Virus record (IMG/VR): IMGVR_UViG_3300002026_000124
Coordinates: 8,176-72,175 of that record
Length of the DNA: 64,000 bases
DNA from: a virus
Taxonomy: Duplodnaviria; Caudoviricetes
Reading direction: 5' to 3' (one strand)
In this document: piece by piece, positions 1-11,252 of the stretch
Layout: each line of letters begins with the position of its first letter
How positions within the stretch are numbered: the first letter of the stretch is position 1
Notes under the pieces: model-generated
The model's input: only the letters and a program-made list of their open reading frames with translations
Databases searched by the model: none
Told to the model about the DNA's origin: nothing
Program-made: the position numbers and the translations under genes

Positions 1-292
1 CAATATATGCTGGAAGTCTAGCAGCTTCATATTGTAATGCTTTCTGAAATCCCCTATCAGTGGTTCTAAAAAATTTATTTTGAAGTTCTCTTTTCTGTTC
101 TAACTCCAAACCTTTCTTATGAATTTCTTCCGGAGTGTTACCCTTAATAATTACTTTGTTTTCTTTAGATGGGATAGCACTTACAGAAGACTGTAAACTT
201 GGATTTTGTTCATGAAAACCGAAGCCATCTAAATTAAGAAATTTATTAAGCTGTTGATATATCGTTAATTTATTTTGTTTTTCGTCAGCCAT
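1..292 (-). CDS. portal protein, N-terminal part (runs off window)
   Basis: Manual translation MADEKQNKLTIYQQLNKFLNL...QYEAARLPAY; directly downstream of terminase; GTATTTAT motif upstream (318-325). Confidence 0.55.
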   Translation of the reverse strand, partial: MADEKQNKLTIYQQLNKFLNLDGFGFHEQNPSLQSSVSAIPSKENKVIIKGNTPEEIHKKGLELEQKRELQNKFFRTTDRGFQKALQYEAARLPAYI

Positions 293-366
293 TTTTTATA
301 ATTTATTATAGTTTTTTATAAATACTTTAATTTTTTCGAAAAGTTCGATTTAACTATAAATACATT

Positions 367-2421
367 CTATCTTTTGTTTTTATCAACGATTCCTGTAAAT
401 AACCAAGCATTTGCTTGATATGGATTTAATGGTGATACGCTATTTGGCGAAATCATTGGTCTATTTTTAATATCTTGTTTTTGACCAATTTCGTTTATAT
501 CGTTTACAGTGAGAAAAGCATTCATCATTTTTTCGGTTATGCCTTTATTCTGCTTATATTTCGCCATGTCAAAGTTCAGAACATATAAACCGATTGATAG
601 TCCCATGATAGAATCATCGTGAAAACTACGTTTATGGTCAGCCACACGATTTCCAGGTACTGTCACAAAAGTTTTTAATTCGTTTAACAATCTAATTGAC
701 CTAATAATTACATCACCAAGATGAACTGCTCTTTGCATTTCCAATACAACAGATGGTCGATTATTTCCAATAAAAAATCCGGGAATTAAATCTAGGTTAA
801 CAGTTGCTCCATCAGGCATAATTTTTTGACCCTTCTTAATATAACCTTGTAATCTATCCCTAGATGGTTTATGTGTTACTTCGGCATAATGCATATTTTC
901 GTATCCAATTTCCAACATAGTTTCAACAGTTTGAGCACCATGACCACCAGTAATATCGATAATACAATAAGCATTATTATATGATTTACCATATTGATAT
1001 GCAATTTGTGCAAGTAATTGAGGCGTTACTTTTCCGTAATATTCAGCAACTTGTTCAACCGTATGTCGTTTTATTTTAACCTTTTTTATTTTATCCCCCT
1101 TAGTTATTATCTTTTCTTCAATGGTTTCGATTGTTTTAAGCATATTGATGGTCGAACTATCTTCACCATGACCCGGAGAAACGTCAATTGCCATAATATA
1201 ATCCTCTCCAGGTAATGAGTCTTCCCAAATCCACATGTTCAAATCATTATATTCTTGACGAATAGGTGTTTTAACTTCATTTTCCTGTATTCTTTTAAGA
1301 TATTCCTCAGCAATAAAGTTATCTCCAGAACCCAAGAATGAACATAAAAGTTCCTGTGCAATTTTACGCATGTCACCGTTTGCATCCTTAACTTGGTCTT
1401 CGAACCAAGGCGAACTCGCTTCCCATCCATCATCCATCATTTGGATTCTTCTCACATTGTTCCAATTTTCATCGGGTAATCTAATTTCATTTTCTTTTCC
1501 TTTATTCTTTACCCATGATAAACCCTTATTATATCTAGGGTCATTATACCACCATAATTCAACCGCTTTGAAATTATTTTCATTTCTACGTGCCCCATCG
1601 AAATGCTTATAAAATACTGCATCTAATCCGGAAGGTGTACTAACCATAATTGCCCCACCACCAGTACCTAAAGTAGGTTTAGCAGCTGTCCAGAATTTAT
1701 CGCCCTTTTCAGTCCATGCTGTTTCATCCCAAAATATTAAAGTTGGTGTCATACCACGAAGACCTTTAGAACTAAAAGCACCTAGTTTAGAATTATTGTC
1801 ATAAATTTTTAATTTTTGAGTATCTTTTAAATTTTTCTCATTACTATCCCTACCTGTTTTTGGTCTAAGCCAATCCGGACAACCTTCAATGAATAAAACA
1901 ACGTCACTCATTAATTCGTCACGTGCAGTTTCTAGTTTATCCGCAACAATAGCAACCTGACGGTTTTGATTAAACATTATATACCATGCAATATATGCAC
2001 ATGTGGTTGTTGAAATACCTGCCTGACGATATTTATTAGCAACTACAAAACGATTATCTAAATATGTTCTAATTAAATCTTTTTGGAAATCAAATAAATG
2101 AAAGGGAACAATAAGACCCGCAGTACCTTGAGTCTGGTCAAAAATAGTTAAATATGTTTCAATGAAATAAACTGGATTAGTAGCACATTTTACAATTTCG
2201 TCTTCCTGTTCTAAAAGTGTTAATTCACTAGCTTTTTTTGCAATACCATCCTTGGTAACAATAACAGGTTCAATTTTCCCAGTTTTTTTTCTAATTTCTT
2301 CCCCTAACTTTCTAATTTTCTCCTTTTCAGTATCTTTTTGAAAATTATATGGTATTATAGGTACGTGTTCTGGGGAATCGTCCTTTTCTAGTATATTATC
2401 TAAATCTACATTAACATTCAT
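367..2421 (-). CDS. terL: terminase large subunit (T4 gp17-like)
   Basis: KYRQAGISTT Walker A-like motif, LIFWDETAW Walker B, STPSG coupling motif, nuclease motifs AIDVS and HDDSIM. Confidence 0.93.
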   Translation of the reverse strand: MNVNVDLDNILEKDDSPEHVPIIPYNFQKDTEKEKIRKLGEEIRKKTGKIEPVIVTKDGIAKKASELTLLEQEDEIVKCATNPVYFIETYLTIFDQTQGTAGLIVPFHLFDFQKDLIRTYLDNRFVVANKYRQAGISTTTCAYIAWYIMFNQNRQVAIVADKLETARDELMSDVVLFIEGCPDWLRPKTGRDSNEKNLKDTQKLKIYDNNSKLGAFSSKGLRGMTPTLIFWDETAWTEKGDKFWTAAKPTLGTGGGAIMVSTPSGLDAVFYKHFDGARRNENNFKAVELWWYNDPRYNKGLSWVKNKGKENEIRLPDENWNNVRRIQMMDDGWEASSPWFEDQVKDANGDMRKIAQELLCSFLGSGDNFIAEEYLKRIQENEVKTPIRQEYNDLNMWIWEDSLPGEDYIMAIDVSPGHGEDSSTINMLKTIETIEEKIITKGDKIKKVKIKRHTVEQVAEYYGKVTPQLLAQIAYQYGKSYNNAYCIIDITGGHGAQTVETMLEIGYENMHYAEVTHKPSRDRLQGYIKKGQKIMPDGATVNLDLIPGFFIGNNRPSVVLEMQRAVHLGDVIIRSIRLLNELKTFVTVPGNRVADHKRSFHDDSIMGLSIGLYVLNFDMAKYKQNKGITEKMMNAFLTVNDINEIGQKQDIKNRPMISPNSVSPLNPYQANAWLFTGIVDKNKR

Positions 2422-2701
2422 TTTATAAATATTTATAATAAATACTTATAAACATAAAATAGCAAAGCACGCTATATTTCTCGACATAGCGTGCTTCGAT
2501 TTCCTTCACCCAAATGGTGCGATGAACTTAAAATGCCAAAGACGCATTTCTACGTCTTCTAAACTGTTTTACCACTTACAATGTTAATATGGGTAATCAG
2601 CGTTTTGATATCAACTAAACCGCAAGGCTTGGCAATAATCCGGTATTGTCAAGCCTCGAAACCTTTTCCTCCGAATAAGGTAGGATAGGCAAATATAAAT
2701 A

Positions 2702-3184
2702 CTATAACTTTATTGAAGAGGTTTCAACAAACTCATTATTTTTTAAAACGATTTTTCTAGCATAGAATAAATCTTTAACACGTACTAATGACATTCCATA
2801 ATGAAAAACTAATAATGGTACATCATCGGATTTATCAAATATTTCATCATATTGATTAAAACCGTTTTCATCAATATCCTCTCTATCTTCTTCATATGCT
2901 AATGCGTGAATAGTGTGATAACCATGCATATACGGTCTATCTACGGCTTCATGCAGACATACCAAATCAAAACCACTTGTTTTTAAACTATAAACTGCTG
3001 AAATGTAGTTTTCTTCAGGTGGCATAGCTTTATCACATGCAGGAGTTAAATCCCAACACCATGCCTCAATATCGACATTAGTTTCGTCATCCGAAAATAT
3101 AAATTCGTATAACCCTTCATCTTTGGAATTATATCCAATTTTTAAAACGTATATTAATTTTAATTTTTTATCATCAATTTCCAT
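2702..3184 (-). CDS. hypothetical protein
   Basis: 160 aa ORF in terminase operon with late motif at 3199-3206. Confidence 0.7.
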   Translation of the reverse strand: MEIDDKKLKLIYVLKIGYNSKDEGLYEFIFSDDETNVDIEAWCWDLTPACDKAMPPEENYISAVYSLKTSGFDLVCLHEAVDRPYMHGYHTIHALAYEEDREDIDENGFNQYDEIFDKSDDVPLLVFHYGMSLVRVKDLFYARKIVLKNNEFVETSSIKL

Positions 3185-3215
3185 AGCGTGATTTTCCTAT
3201 AAATACTATGAACTA

Positions 3216-3650
3216 TTAATAATTACTGATGATTAAACCTGTACAGATACGAATTTTATCCGATACAATTTTAAGTACTAAATCATGAGCAAATAATTGC
3301 TCAAACTCTTTGGATTTAATCCAGATATAAATCAGCCGAGAAACAATTCCAAGAACTAAGATTGTTAACGAAACATATAAATTGACTAATGTAATAAGGA
3401 TTGCAATTGCTAATAAGACATAGCTGATGATGTTTAGTACGAATCTCCAACTCATTAAAACTATCAATAGGTCGTATGAATATGTCGTAAATATTCTACG
3501 ATATTCAAGCCAGTCTGTTTCCGAACCACTTTCGTCAAGACCTTGTACCTTTTTGAATATCTCTAATTCACGTTTTTTTGAACCCCCAATATAGGTTCTA
3601 CGAAACTTTAATGTATCGAATTGTATCATAATAGTGTTTATTAAAAACAA
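3216..3650 (-). CDS. putative membrane protein
   Basis: Two hydrophobic stretches; TGTAAC-N16-CGTATAAT motif upstream (3650-3679). Confidence 0.55.
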   Translation of the reverse strand: MFLINTIMIQFDTLKFRRTYIGGSKKRELEIFKKVQGLDESGSETDWLEYRRIFTTYSYDLLIVLMSWRFVLNIISYVLLAIAILITLVNLYVSLTILVLGIVSRLIYIWIKSKEFEQLFAHDLVLKIVSDKIRICTGLIISNY

Positions 3651-3678
3651 TTATACGTTAAAATTAATTAAATGTTAC

Positions 3679-3706
3679 AAAAAAACCCGAATTTCTTCGG
3701 GTTTTA
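3679..3706. terminator. intrinsic terminator
   Basis: AAAACCCGAA-TTTC-TTCGGGTTTT hairpin. Confidence 0.7.
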
Positions 3707-3732
3707 ATTTTATAAATTACAATTTATAATTG

Positions 3733-6216
3733 TTATACACCACCCATTTGGGTTTTTCCTTGTGTTCCACCAGCAGCAAATTGATTACCCATTGCTTTTG
3801 TTTTAAAAGCATCTGATTTATATTCAACACCATTACGACCTAATCTCAAAGTACCACCACCATTTTCAACATATAGTTTTAATAACTCATATCTCTGTGG
3901 TAATTGTAGTTTTCTAGCTTCTTCAGCAATTGCACCCATTTGAGGATTGATTAAAATGTTTCGATATGCTTCACCAAACAATTTATTAACTTCGTTCGCA
4001 TTGTTAGGGTCAAGTTTTGCAAATTTTTCTTTTATACTCCAACCAAACATTTCATTTACTTGAACTTTTTTCTTTAATATTACGTTTTCATACAATTTAA
4101 ATTGTTTGTCAATAATACCATCAAGTTTTTTCATTGTGCTTGATTTTGCACTTTCATTAAGTGTTGATTTTCTTAAACCAGCTTTTTCTTCAAGACGTGT
4201 GCGAATATATTTTCTTACTTTAGCTTCACTTTCATTCATTGAAATCTGAACTTCTTTATCCGGACTGATAGTAATGTCAACACCAGTAGTTGGAGCACCG
4301 TCAGGTTTAACTGTAGCTACACCAAGACTTTGAGCACCTGGAGCAAAACCAGTGAATGGTTTGTCACCACTTTTTTCAAATGGTTTTTCAGCACCCATAT
4401 CATCAGCATCTTCTTCACTAGCAGTATCAATATCTTCGATGTCAATTCCGTCTTTTTCAACTTCTTCTTCATCTTCTTTTAACATGTTAGGTACACTGAC
4501 TTCAGTATTTAATGGGTCTACAGTTTCGGCAATACCTAAACCTGCAATTCCACCACCACTCTTTGAAGCACCAACTTCTTGACTAATAGCAGTCATGATT
4601 TTTTTAATGTCGACTTCAGCTTTTCCAGCACTTTTCAATCTAGTATTTAATGCTGTGATTTGTTTTCCTAAACTAGCTGCTTGTGCTTCTAATTTTTTAA
4701 CTTCTGCAGGAACTTCACCTGCATTATATGTTTGTTTAATTCCGGTAACGGCTTTATTAACACCCTGTTTAGCTTGGTCAAATTTTTGTCCAACTGCTTG
4801 ACCAACTTGGTTAGCTTTATTACCGATTGCCTGACTAGCTTGGTTTGCACCTGCCTTAATTCCACCAACTGCAGCTTTACCTAGGTTTTTTAAACCACCA
4901 AATAATTCGTTAAGTTGTGCAATATTTTCTTCATCTGAACTTTCATTCATTCCGGTAACCATAGGTTCAAGTTTATTTGCATAATCTTCATGACCATAAT
5001 CACCCTTTAATTGATTTAAAATTTCAGGATTAACTATTTTAATAACCATTGCAACATTTTCTAAATCGCCATCATTCTGACCATCATTATGTGCATTTGC
5101 ATAACCACTTACAAGGTTACCAACTTCTTCTTCACCACATTCCATAAGTGCTTCGGCACTATTATAACCACGTGATTCAGCATATTGTGCAAAACCACCA
5201 CATTCGCTACACTGTTCCACACCTTCAGCAGCCATACCCAATTCTTCTTCCCCACCATCTTGAGGTACACTATCACCTAAGTCAGCAATGTCATCTTGGT
5301 TAACAACCTTAATGAGTCTATTTGCCATATCTTTTCTATCTTCGATTTCAATTTCAGGAAGTTTATCTTTAAATGCAGATATAAAAGAATTAATATATGA
5401 CTTAACCTGTTCGTCAGTCATTTCTGTTTTTCTAATTTTATTAGTTATCTTACCAATAACTTTTTCAAGTTCTTTATTTGGTTCATCTGTTTCTTCGCCA
5501 GTATCAATACCGCCAGCATCTTCTGCTCCAGCTTCCATATCTTCAGCACCTTCAGCGCCTGCATCACCCATATCTTCACTACCTGCTTCAGCATCTTCTG
5601 CTCCTTCAGCACCTGCATCACCCATGTCACCCATATCTTCAGCACCCATTTCGTCTGCACCTGCTTCAGCATCGCCCATTCCCATATCCTCACCACCTGC
5701 TTCTGCACCTGCATCAGCCATATCACCACCTTCTGGTGGACCACTTGGAAGAGCCTGTGGTGCTGGTTCTGGAGTTGCATCTGCACTTGCAGCAGCATCT
5801 AAATCATCTACTTTACTAGCAGCCATATCGATTTCTTTTCCCGCAACATCTTCGTTTAAAACCATTTTGCTACCGGATTTATTTGGTTTTAATGAGTTTG
5901 CACCACCAATAGTGTGAAACATCATATTTCTTTGTTTGTCTGCTTCAGCTAAAGACTTAAATTGATAGTTTGTTATATTTGATAAACCACCAATATATGC
6001 AAAATCAGATGCGTTAGGGTCTTGTTTTGTTCCTGCCTTTTTAATATAGTAGTTATGGTTTTCTTTAATAATACCATATGCTACGCCATCGGCAGCTCTC
6101 TTATAATCAATAAGACTACCTGCACCACTAGTTTTGGTTTCTTTAATTATTGGTTTTACGCTACCTAAATTTCTAAGTCTTTCGTAATATGCTTCTTTTG
6201 ATGAATGGTTTTTCAT
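3733..6216 (-). CDS. acidic low-complexity head/scaffold-like protein
   Basis: 827 aa with GAEGAED/MGDAG acidic repeats; near terminase/portal; late motif 6260-6267; function inferred. Confidence 0.5.
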   Translation of the reverse strand: MKNHSSKEAYYERLRNLGSVKPIIKETKTSGAGSLIDYKRAADGVAYGIIKENHNYYIKKAGTKQDPNASDFAYIGGLSNITNYQFKSLAEADKQRNMMFHTIGGANSLKPNKSGSKMVLNEDVAGKEIDMAASKVDDLDAAASADATPEPAPQALPSGPPEGGDMADAGAEAGGEDMGMGDAEAGADEMGAEDMGDMGDAGAEGAEDAEAGSEDMGDAGAEGAEDMEAGAEDAGGIDTGEETDEPNKELEKVIGKITNKIRKTEMTDEQVKSYINSFISAFKDKLPEIEIEDRKDMANRLIKVVNQDDIADLGDSVPQDGGEEELGMAAEGVEQCSECGGFAQYAESRGYNSAEALMECGEEEVGNLVSGYANAHNDGQNDGDLENVAMVIKIVNPEILNQLKGDYGHEDYANKLEPMVTGMNESSDEENIAQLNELFGGLKNLGKAAVGGIKAGANQASQAIGNKANQVGQAVGQKFDQAKQGVNKAVTGIKQTYNAGEVPAEVKKLEAQAASLGKQITALNTRLKSAGKAEVDIKKIMTAISQEVGASKSGGGIAGLGIAETVDPLNTEVSVPNMLKEDEEEVEKDGIDIEDIDTASEEDADDMGAEKPFEKSGDKPFTGFAPGAQSLGVATVKPDGAPTTGVDITISPDKEVQISMNESEAKVRKYIRTRLEEKAGLRKSTLNESAKSSTMKKLDGIIDKQFKLYENVILKKKVQVNEMFGWSIKEKFAKLDPNNANEVNKLFGEAYRNILINPQMGAIAEEARKLQLPQRYELLKLYVENGGGTLRLGRNGVEYKSDAFKTKAMGNQFAAGGTQGKTQMGGV

Positions 6217-6294
6217 TTGAATATTTTTAATTTAACTATTATTTACTTTACATTTTTTTATAAATACTTTATTTGGAACAAAAAAATGCAAAAC

Positions 6295-6555
6295 TTATAT
6301 TATTTCACCAACTTCGTTAGTGATTTTATTTTTAACTAGCATTTCAGCAACTCTTTTTGTGATTAAATTCTTTTTATTATATATATCAATAATTGATTGA
6401 TTCGCCTTTTTATGTGAAACATTTTCGTTTAGAAATTTTTCATTTTTATGCATATGCTCAACAATGTCATAGAAAACTTTTTCTGCCTTTTTATTTTCTA
6501 TGTATTCTTTTAATTGTGCTTCCGTAACTATAATTCTTTTCATTGCATTAGTCAT
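6295..6555 (-). CDS. hypothetical protein
   Basis: ORF with MKRIIVTEAQLKE N-terminus. Confidence 0.6.
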   Translation of the reverse strand: MTNAMKRIIVTEAQLKEYIENKKAEKVFYDIVEHMHKNEKFLNENVSHKKANQSIIDIYNKKNLITKRVAEMLVKNKITNEVGEII

Positions 6556-7351
6556 TATACTCTTTTAAACTTAATTCATCAGTCAAGTATTGGTTTTTCA
6601 TTTCAACCATTTTTTCTAAATATCCTGTGTTACGCAAAATTTTGAATACTAGGTTCTCAACACCAAATTCTCCCGATTTATCAAGTCCGGATTGTCTATA
6701 TTTTTTTATTTTATTTTTTAATACTTCATGCTTTTTAATGAAACTTTCATCGTTCATTTCATCTTCAAGGTCATCAATTGCATTCATCAGACCTGCAGAT
6801 TTTAATTGCACATCTGCCATATCAATGTTAATAATCTTCTTTATTGGTTTTCTAATCCAATCATTTTTAATTAGTGAATATGTACCTGAAGAATGATGAG
6901 GTTCTTTCGAATCTTGAAAATACATTTCAACATCATGACCTTTTACTTGTATAGGTAACTTATCTGCCCAAAGTTGTTTTTTTAATTTAAAGAAATCTCC
7001 AACAAAATCCTTATTTTCAGAGATTTGATTGAAGTCAAGTACTATGTGAATATCTAAATCGGAGTTCTCACTATAGTTATAGTTTGCCATGCTACCGGTT
7101 AATATTACGTCATCAAATTTGAGGTTCTCAACATCAGAAAATTCAATAAATCTTTTAGCATTCATTAATAATGTCTTCCTCACTTCTTGTTTTAGCTTGT
7201 CGTTATCCCAAATAAGCGGACTTAATGTATCGTTCATTTTTATTGATGATACATCAACTACCTCTGGTTCAATTACTTCTTTAAGAATTTCAGAAATATT
7301 ATTTTTCTTCCAGAATTTTGCGCTCCATTTTCTCGGATTATTGCTATCCAT
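6548..7351 (-). CDS. Pol-beta-superfamily nucleotidyltransferase
   Basis: ILTGSMANYNYSENSDLDIHI (GS...DLD motif). Confidence 0.75.
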   Translation of the reverse strand: MDSNNPRKWSAKFWKKNNISEILKEVIEPEVVDVSSIKMNDTLSPLIWDNDKLKQEVRKTLLMNAKRFIEFSDVENLKFDDVILTGSMANYNYSENSDLDIHIVLDFNQISENKDFVGDFFKLKKQLWADKLPIQVKGHDVEMYFQDSKEPHHSSGTYSLIKNDWIRKPIKKIINIDMADVQLKSAGLMNAIDDLEDEMNDESFIKKHEVLKNKIKKYRQSGLDKSGEFGVENLVFKILRNTGYLEKMVEMKNQYLTDELSLKEYND

Positions 7352-7355
7352 ATCT

Positions 7356-8051
7356 TTAATTAATATATGATGTTAATTCGTATTTACCACTATCCATTCT
7401 ATAAATACTAATTGTTACACTTCTATTTTTTTGTGGGACACCATCTTTCAATAGCTGTATTGTATCACGTTTAGTTTCGCCATAATTAATACCGCCAGTA
7501 CCAAAACGGAAGAACATAGCGTCTTCATCAACGGTATAACCCTTCTTCCCTACCTTTATTCTAACAGAATCGAGTGCTTCAGATAATGTATTAAAATATG
7601 TATCATTTTGTTGTGGCATATCAGAACCTTCAGCAATTCCGGCTTCTGGATTACTTGGCATTAATTTAGTAATAATTGTTTCTATTTTACCTAGAAGTTC
7701 TTTATAATTTTTATCGTTCTGCATTGAAAGGTAATCAAGTTTTCTTTTCAATTCATCAACCTTAATTTGATAATTTCCTTGGTCTTCATTAACATTCTGC
7801 TGAACGTTTTTTACACTCCTACTTATTAAAAGTCTATAGATTGAATCTATTACGCCATATTCTTGGTCTGATAATAAATCATCAATAACCCCTTTAATTT
7901 TTTCGGCTTTATCAGTATAAACTTCGGTGTCCATTTCAAGCCCCTCATTTAAATTTTTAGCCGAAATCACATTATTTAATTTAAATCCCGGATTTAATTT
8001 TACCATATTTTCGAAAAGCAATGCTTTAGAATCTTTAGCTGTTCTTATCAT
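7356..8051 (-). CDS. hypothetical protein with LFExM leader
   Basis: KDSKALLFENMVKLNPGF N-terminus. Confidence 0.65.
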   Translation of the reverse strand: MIRTAKDSKALLFENMVKLNPGFKLNNVISAKNLNEGLEMDTEVYTDKAEKIKGVIDDLLSDQEYGVIDSIYRLLISRSVKNVQQNVNEDQGNYQIKVDELKRKLDYLSMQNDKNYKELLGKIETIITKLMPSNPEAGIAEGSDMPQQNDTYFNTLSEALDSVRIKVGKKGYTVDEDAMFFRFGTGGINYGETKRDTIQLLKDGVPQKNRSVTISIYRMDSGKYELTSYIN

Positions 8052-8080
8052 AATATTTTCAATTTGTTATAAATACTAAT

Positions 8081-9469
8081 TTAATTGTGAATTAGATTAA
8101 TAATTCCTTGTGTGTCTTTTCTTGACGCAGGAATATCTGTATCGCCAGGTTTTATAATCACCCACCATTTTCTGTCATGTGGTAAGTTTCTATCGTGCGG
8201 CATCTTAATATAATCATCATACCATATAACATTTTTGTCATCTAAATTAAAAAGATGTTTATGCTGATGTTCATTATTATAATAATTAATGATTCTTGAT
8301 TTTATAATTGGCTTTTCAGTTTTTTCATCAAATTGCCACATGCCAGCCATATCTTTCCATTCCACATTTCCAATATCAGAGGGTTTCTCTTTAAAAAACT
8401 CACTAAATAATTTTGCTGGTGCTGCAACACCAAGTACATCACCTTTTGTAAGACCAGTTACTTGATGCCCTTCAAGTGAAAATTTAAACTCAAAATTTGG
8501 CGGTATTTTAGCACCCTTTATCATATTAACCTCTTTAGTGTATGCATAATGAATGGTGTTTGGAGTATTTCTAGCAATATCAAACGCCAATTCTAAATAT
8601 TTCGATGAGATAAAATCACCAGCATCATGCCATCTAACAACGGTATCTTCACCCCTTTTTTGACTATACCCCTCTATTTTTTGAATCTGTCCAATTATAT
8701 TATTTTTCCACTCATCCCAATGGTTAATAATATAATTTAATTTTTGCATTTTTTGTCTAATTGGTGGGTCGTATTGAACATAATTACCCATTTGAGCATA
8801 ACACCATTTTACACATTCTTTCGCTTGTGTACAAGTAATAAGAACATAGAAGTTTTCTGGTGAATAATCTCCCCTTTCTAAATAAATTATTGATTTTAGT
8901 GCAGGTAATGAAATGTTAAAAAAATTACTTTTCGCCATTTTTTGATTTTTACCTAATAACTTATCATCATCAAGTTTTGTTGTTAAAACATCTGCCAGTT
9001 TTTTTAAATCAAAATCTGGAATGTCTTCTGCTCGTACATCATAATATTTCCTAACTTTACCGGATAATTTCGATGGGTCAATTTTTTTTCCCGTTCTTCT
9101 ATCAACAACATTACTTAAATCAACAATCAAATCTTTAAGTGTTCCAGAATGTATACGACCAGTTGCACCAACACCTTGTTTATCACCACGTATGAATGCT
9201 GCCAGTTTTTCCTTAAAACCGCTTTGCATCTCCTGTTCAATACCTTTATCTAATTTAGCAGTTTTAATTGAATTAAACATTTCATCACCTTGCATTTCTT
9301 CACTAATTTCAGTACTACATGGAGTTTGTTCTATATCTTTTTGTAGTGGTACAAAATCAGATGTTGAGAATCCTGGGGGTAATTTGGATAAAGAATTTTC
9401 TTCTCTTAACGGCATTCCAGCAACCCTATTCATCATTTCGAATAATCGCTGTTTAGAATCTTTAATCAT
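8081..9469 (-). CDS. Gp88-like Cys-motif protein with LFExM leader
   Basis: FFNISLPA, CTQAKECVKWCYA, VRWHDAGDF and YAYTK motifs resemble phage gp88-like proteins. Confidence 0.6.
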   Translation of the reverse strand: MIKDSKQRLFEMMNRVAGMPLREENSLSKLPPGFSTSDFVPLQKDIEQTPCSTEISEEMQGDEMFNSIKTAKLDKGIEQEMQSGFKEKLAAFIRGDKQGVGATGRIHSGTLKDLIVDLSNVVDRRTGKKIDPSKLSGKVRKYYDVRAEDIPDFDLKKLADVLTTKLDDDKLLGKNQKMAKSNFFNISLPALKSIIYLERGDYSPENFYVLITCTQAKECVKWCYAQMGNYVQYDPPIRQKMQKLNYIINHWDEWKNNIIGQIQKIEGYSQKRGEDTVVRWHDAGDFISSKYLELAFDIARNTPNTIHYAYTKEVNMIKGAKIPPNFEFKFSLEGHQVTGLTKGDVLGVAAPAKLFSEFFKEKPSDIGNVEWKDMAGMWQFDEKTEKPIIKSRIINYYNNEHQHKHLFNLDDKNVIWYDDYIKMPHDRNLPHDRKWWVIIKPGDTDIPASRKDTQGIINLIHN

Positions 9470-9541
9470 ATTAAAACATTTTCTATAAATACTGAATTAT
9501 TAATTAAAATGCCATAGTATTTATTATAAATTCCTGTAGAA

Positions 9542-11251
9542 ATGAATTTAGAATGTTTAAATACGATAATTAGCGAAAATCTTGCAATACATATTGATAT
9601 TGATGATTTACGTTCATGGAACTTAAATACTGGTCTTACACTAACAAGTATAACTAAATGGAATCAATCTAAAGCAGATAATCTTAATCTATATGATTTC
9701 GGATTAACTGGTTATGATAATGGTAGAATTGACAACATGTTAGATGGGATTACATTAAATAGTAATGATAATAAAGTAAAATTATACCGTGTAGGGAAAA
9801 ATGACGCTAGTGGAAATACCTCATATAGTGGTTATACTATTTCTTCATTCACAGGGACTTCAGTGGGAAACTACTTTAATCTAAATGGTGGTTATTTTCA
9901 AGGATTTTTTAAATTAGAGGGTTATAATTATGAATTATTTCCACCTAGATATAATAATGGTATTACTATTGAAACAATTATAGAGTTATTACCCGAATCC
10001 AAAGGCATTTTCTTTTTAATGGGTACTCGTGCTGAAGATAAATATAATCCATATTTTAGCGGTGAAACTGCAATCACTGGTCAAACTGCATATCAGGAAA
10101 TTCATAATATTACTAAATACAAATATTCTTTTTCCGGTTATACGACATCTGAAGGTAATTATTTAGAGGCATTTGAGGAAATTGGCATTAATAAACAAGC
10201 ATTCTCTGAACCGGAGAATTTAGTTGCCGTCATTGATGAAGACATTCCAGAACTAGATAATGTTAGAAACAATGTAATTGCATTTGAAATTACAGCAGAT
10301 GGTAATATCGGATATAAATATATTGATAACGATGGTTTAATTGCTCAAAATTATTCCCCAAATGTTATAACAAAAATTGGATGGACAATTATTGATGTTG
10401 TTTTCACACCATATGATATAATCCCTAATTATAATCCCGCAATGTATAATTGCTATCCTCGTAGAACAGGTAGCCTAATGTTTTATGTTAATGGTAGGAA
10501 ATTTTGGAAAGTGAATGATTTTCTAGAATGGTATTGTACTCCATTAATTAATAATAGGGAAAAACAATTGGGTGTACCATTTAATATTAGTTGGGGTGGC
10601 GGTTCATTTGGACTTGAACATTCTTGGCATTTTAGCGGAGATACTTCAAATCCATTAGTTATGGACACAAGAAAAGATAATCTGCTAATTCAGAAATACT
10701 TCAATAATTCATATATTGGAAATGTTCAAAAATTAAGAATGTATGATACTGCGTTTACTCCACAAATGGTACTACATAATGCATTAATTGAGGTTAATGA
10801 TAATAATTATAACATATTTGTTAATAAAGGTGGTAGATTAGTTAATGGTGTACTAAGTACAGCAAATATTACTCAACAAACATCTGGGTCTGATATCAGA
10901 AAATCAATTAAATATAGAAATGCTGACAATACTTATAGAAATCTATTCGATATGCTAGATATCAAAGTCGTTGTTAAATCTAAATCAAATACTAGTGTTG
11001 AACTAATTAAATTTAAAAAGGATAGTATAACCGGAATGACAGGATGGACAGGTTTAATATATATTGACAACTTTACTTATGACTTTATTGTACCCAATAC
11101 AATTACTGCACAACATCCTAACGAAGTATTATATGCTGAAATTAAGTTCCAATGGGCAGACCCATATGATATTGATGGTGTACTTGATAGAATTTTTATA
11201 ATTAATTTAACAACTTCTGCATTACTTGATAATAGTATAAAAAATTATTAA
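9542..11251 (+). CDS. putative virion structural protein
   Basis: 569 aa, beta-rich; late motif 9517-9524; heads the tail-fibre operon. Confidence 0.5.
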   Translation: MNLECLNTIISENLAIHIDIDDLRSWNLNTGLTLTSITKWNQSKADNLNLYDFGLTGYDNGRIDNMLDGITLNSNDNKVKLYRVGKNDASGNTSYSGYTISSFTGTSVGNYFNLNGGYFQGFFKLEGYNYELFPPRYNNGITIETIIELLPESKGIFFLMGTRAEDKYNPYFSGETAITGQTAYQEIHNITKYKYSFSGYTTSEGNYLEAFEEIGINKQAFSEPENLVAVIDEDIPELDNVRNNVIAFEITADGNIGYKYIDNDGLIAQNYSPNVITKIGWTIIDVVFTPYDIIPNYNPAMYNCYPRRTGSLMFYVNGRKFWKVNDFLEWYCTPLINNREKQLGVPFNISWGGGSFGLEHSWHFSGDTSNPLVMDTRKDNLLIQKYFNNSYIGNVQKLRMYDTAFTPQMVLHNALIEVNDNNYNIFVNKGGRLVNGVLSTANITQQTSGSDIRKSIKYRNADNTYRNLFDMLDIKVVVKSKSNTSVELIKFKKDSITGMTGWTGLIYIDNFTYDFIVPNTITAQHPNEVLYAEIKFQWADPYDIDGVLDRIFIINLTTSALLDNSIKNY

Positions 11252-11252
11252 T

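Noticed and set aside
4352-5917. Plus-strand ORFs antisense to the acidic 827-aa gene
   Set aside because: Shadow frames created by low-complexity repeats.
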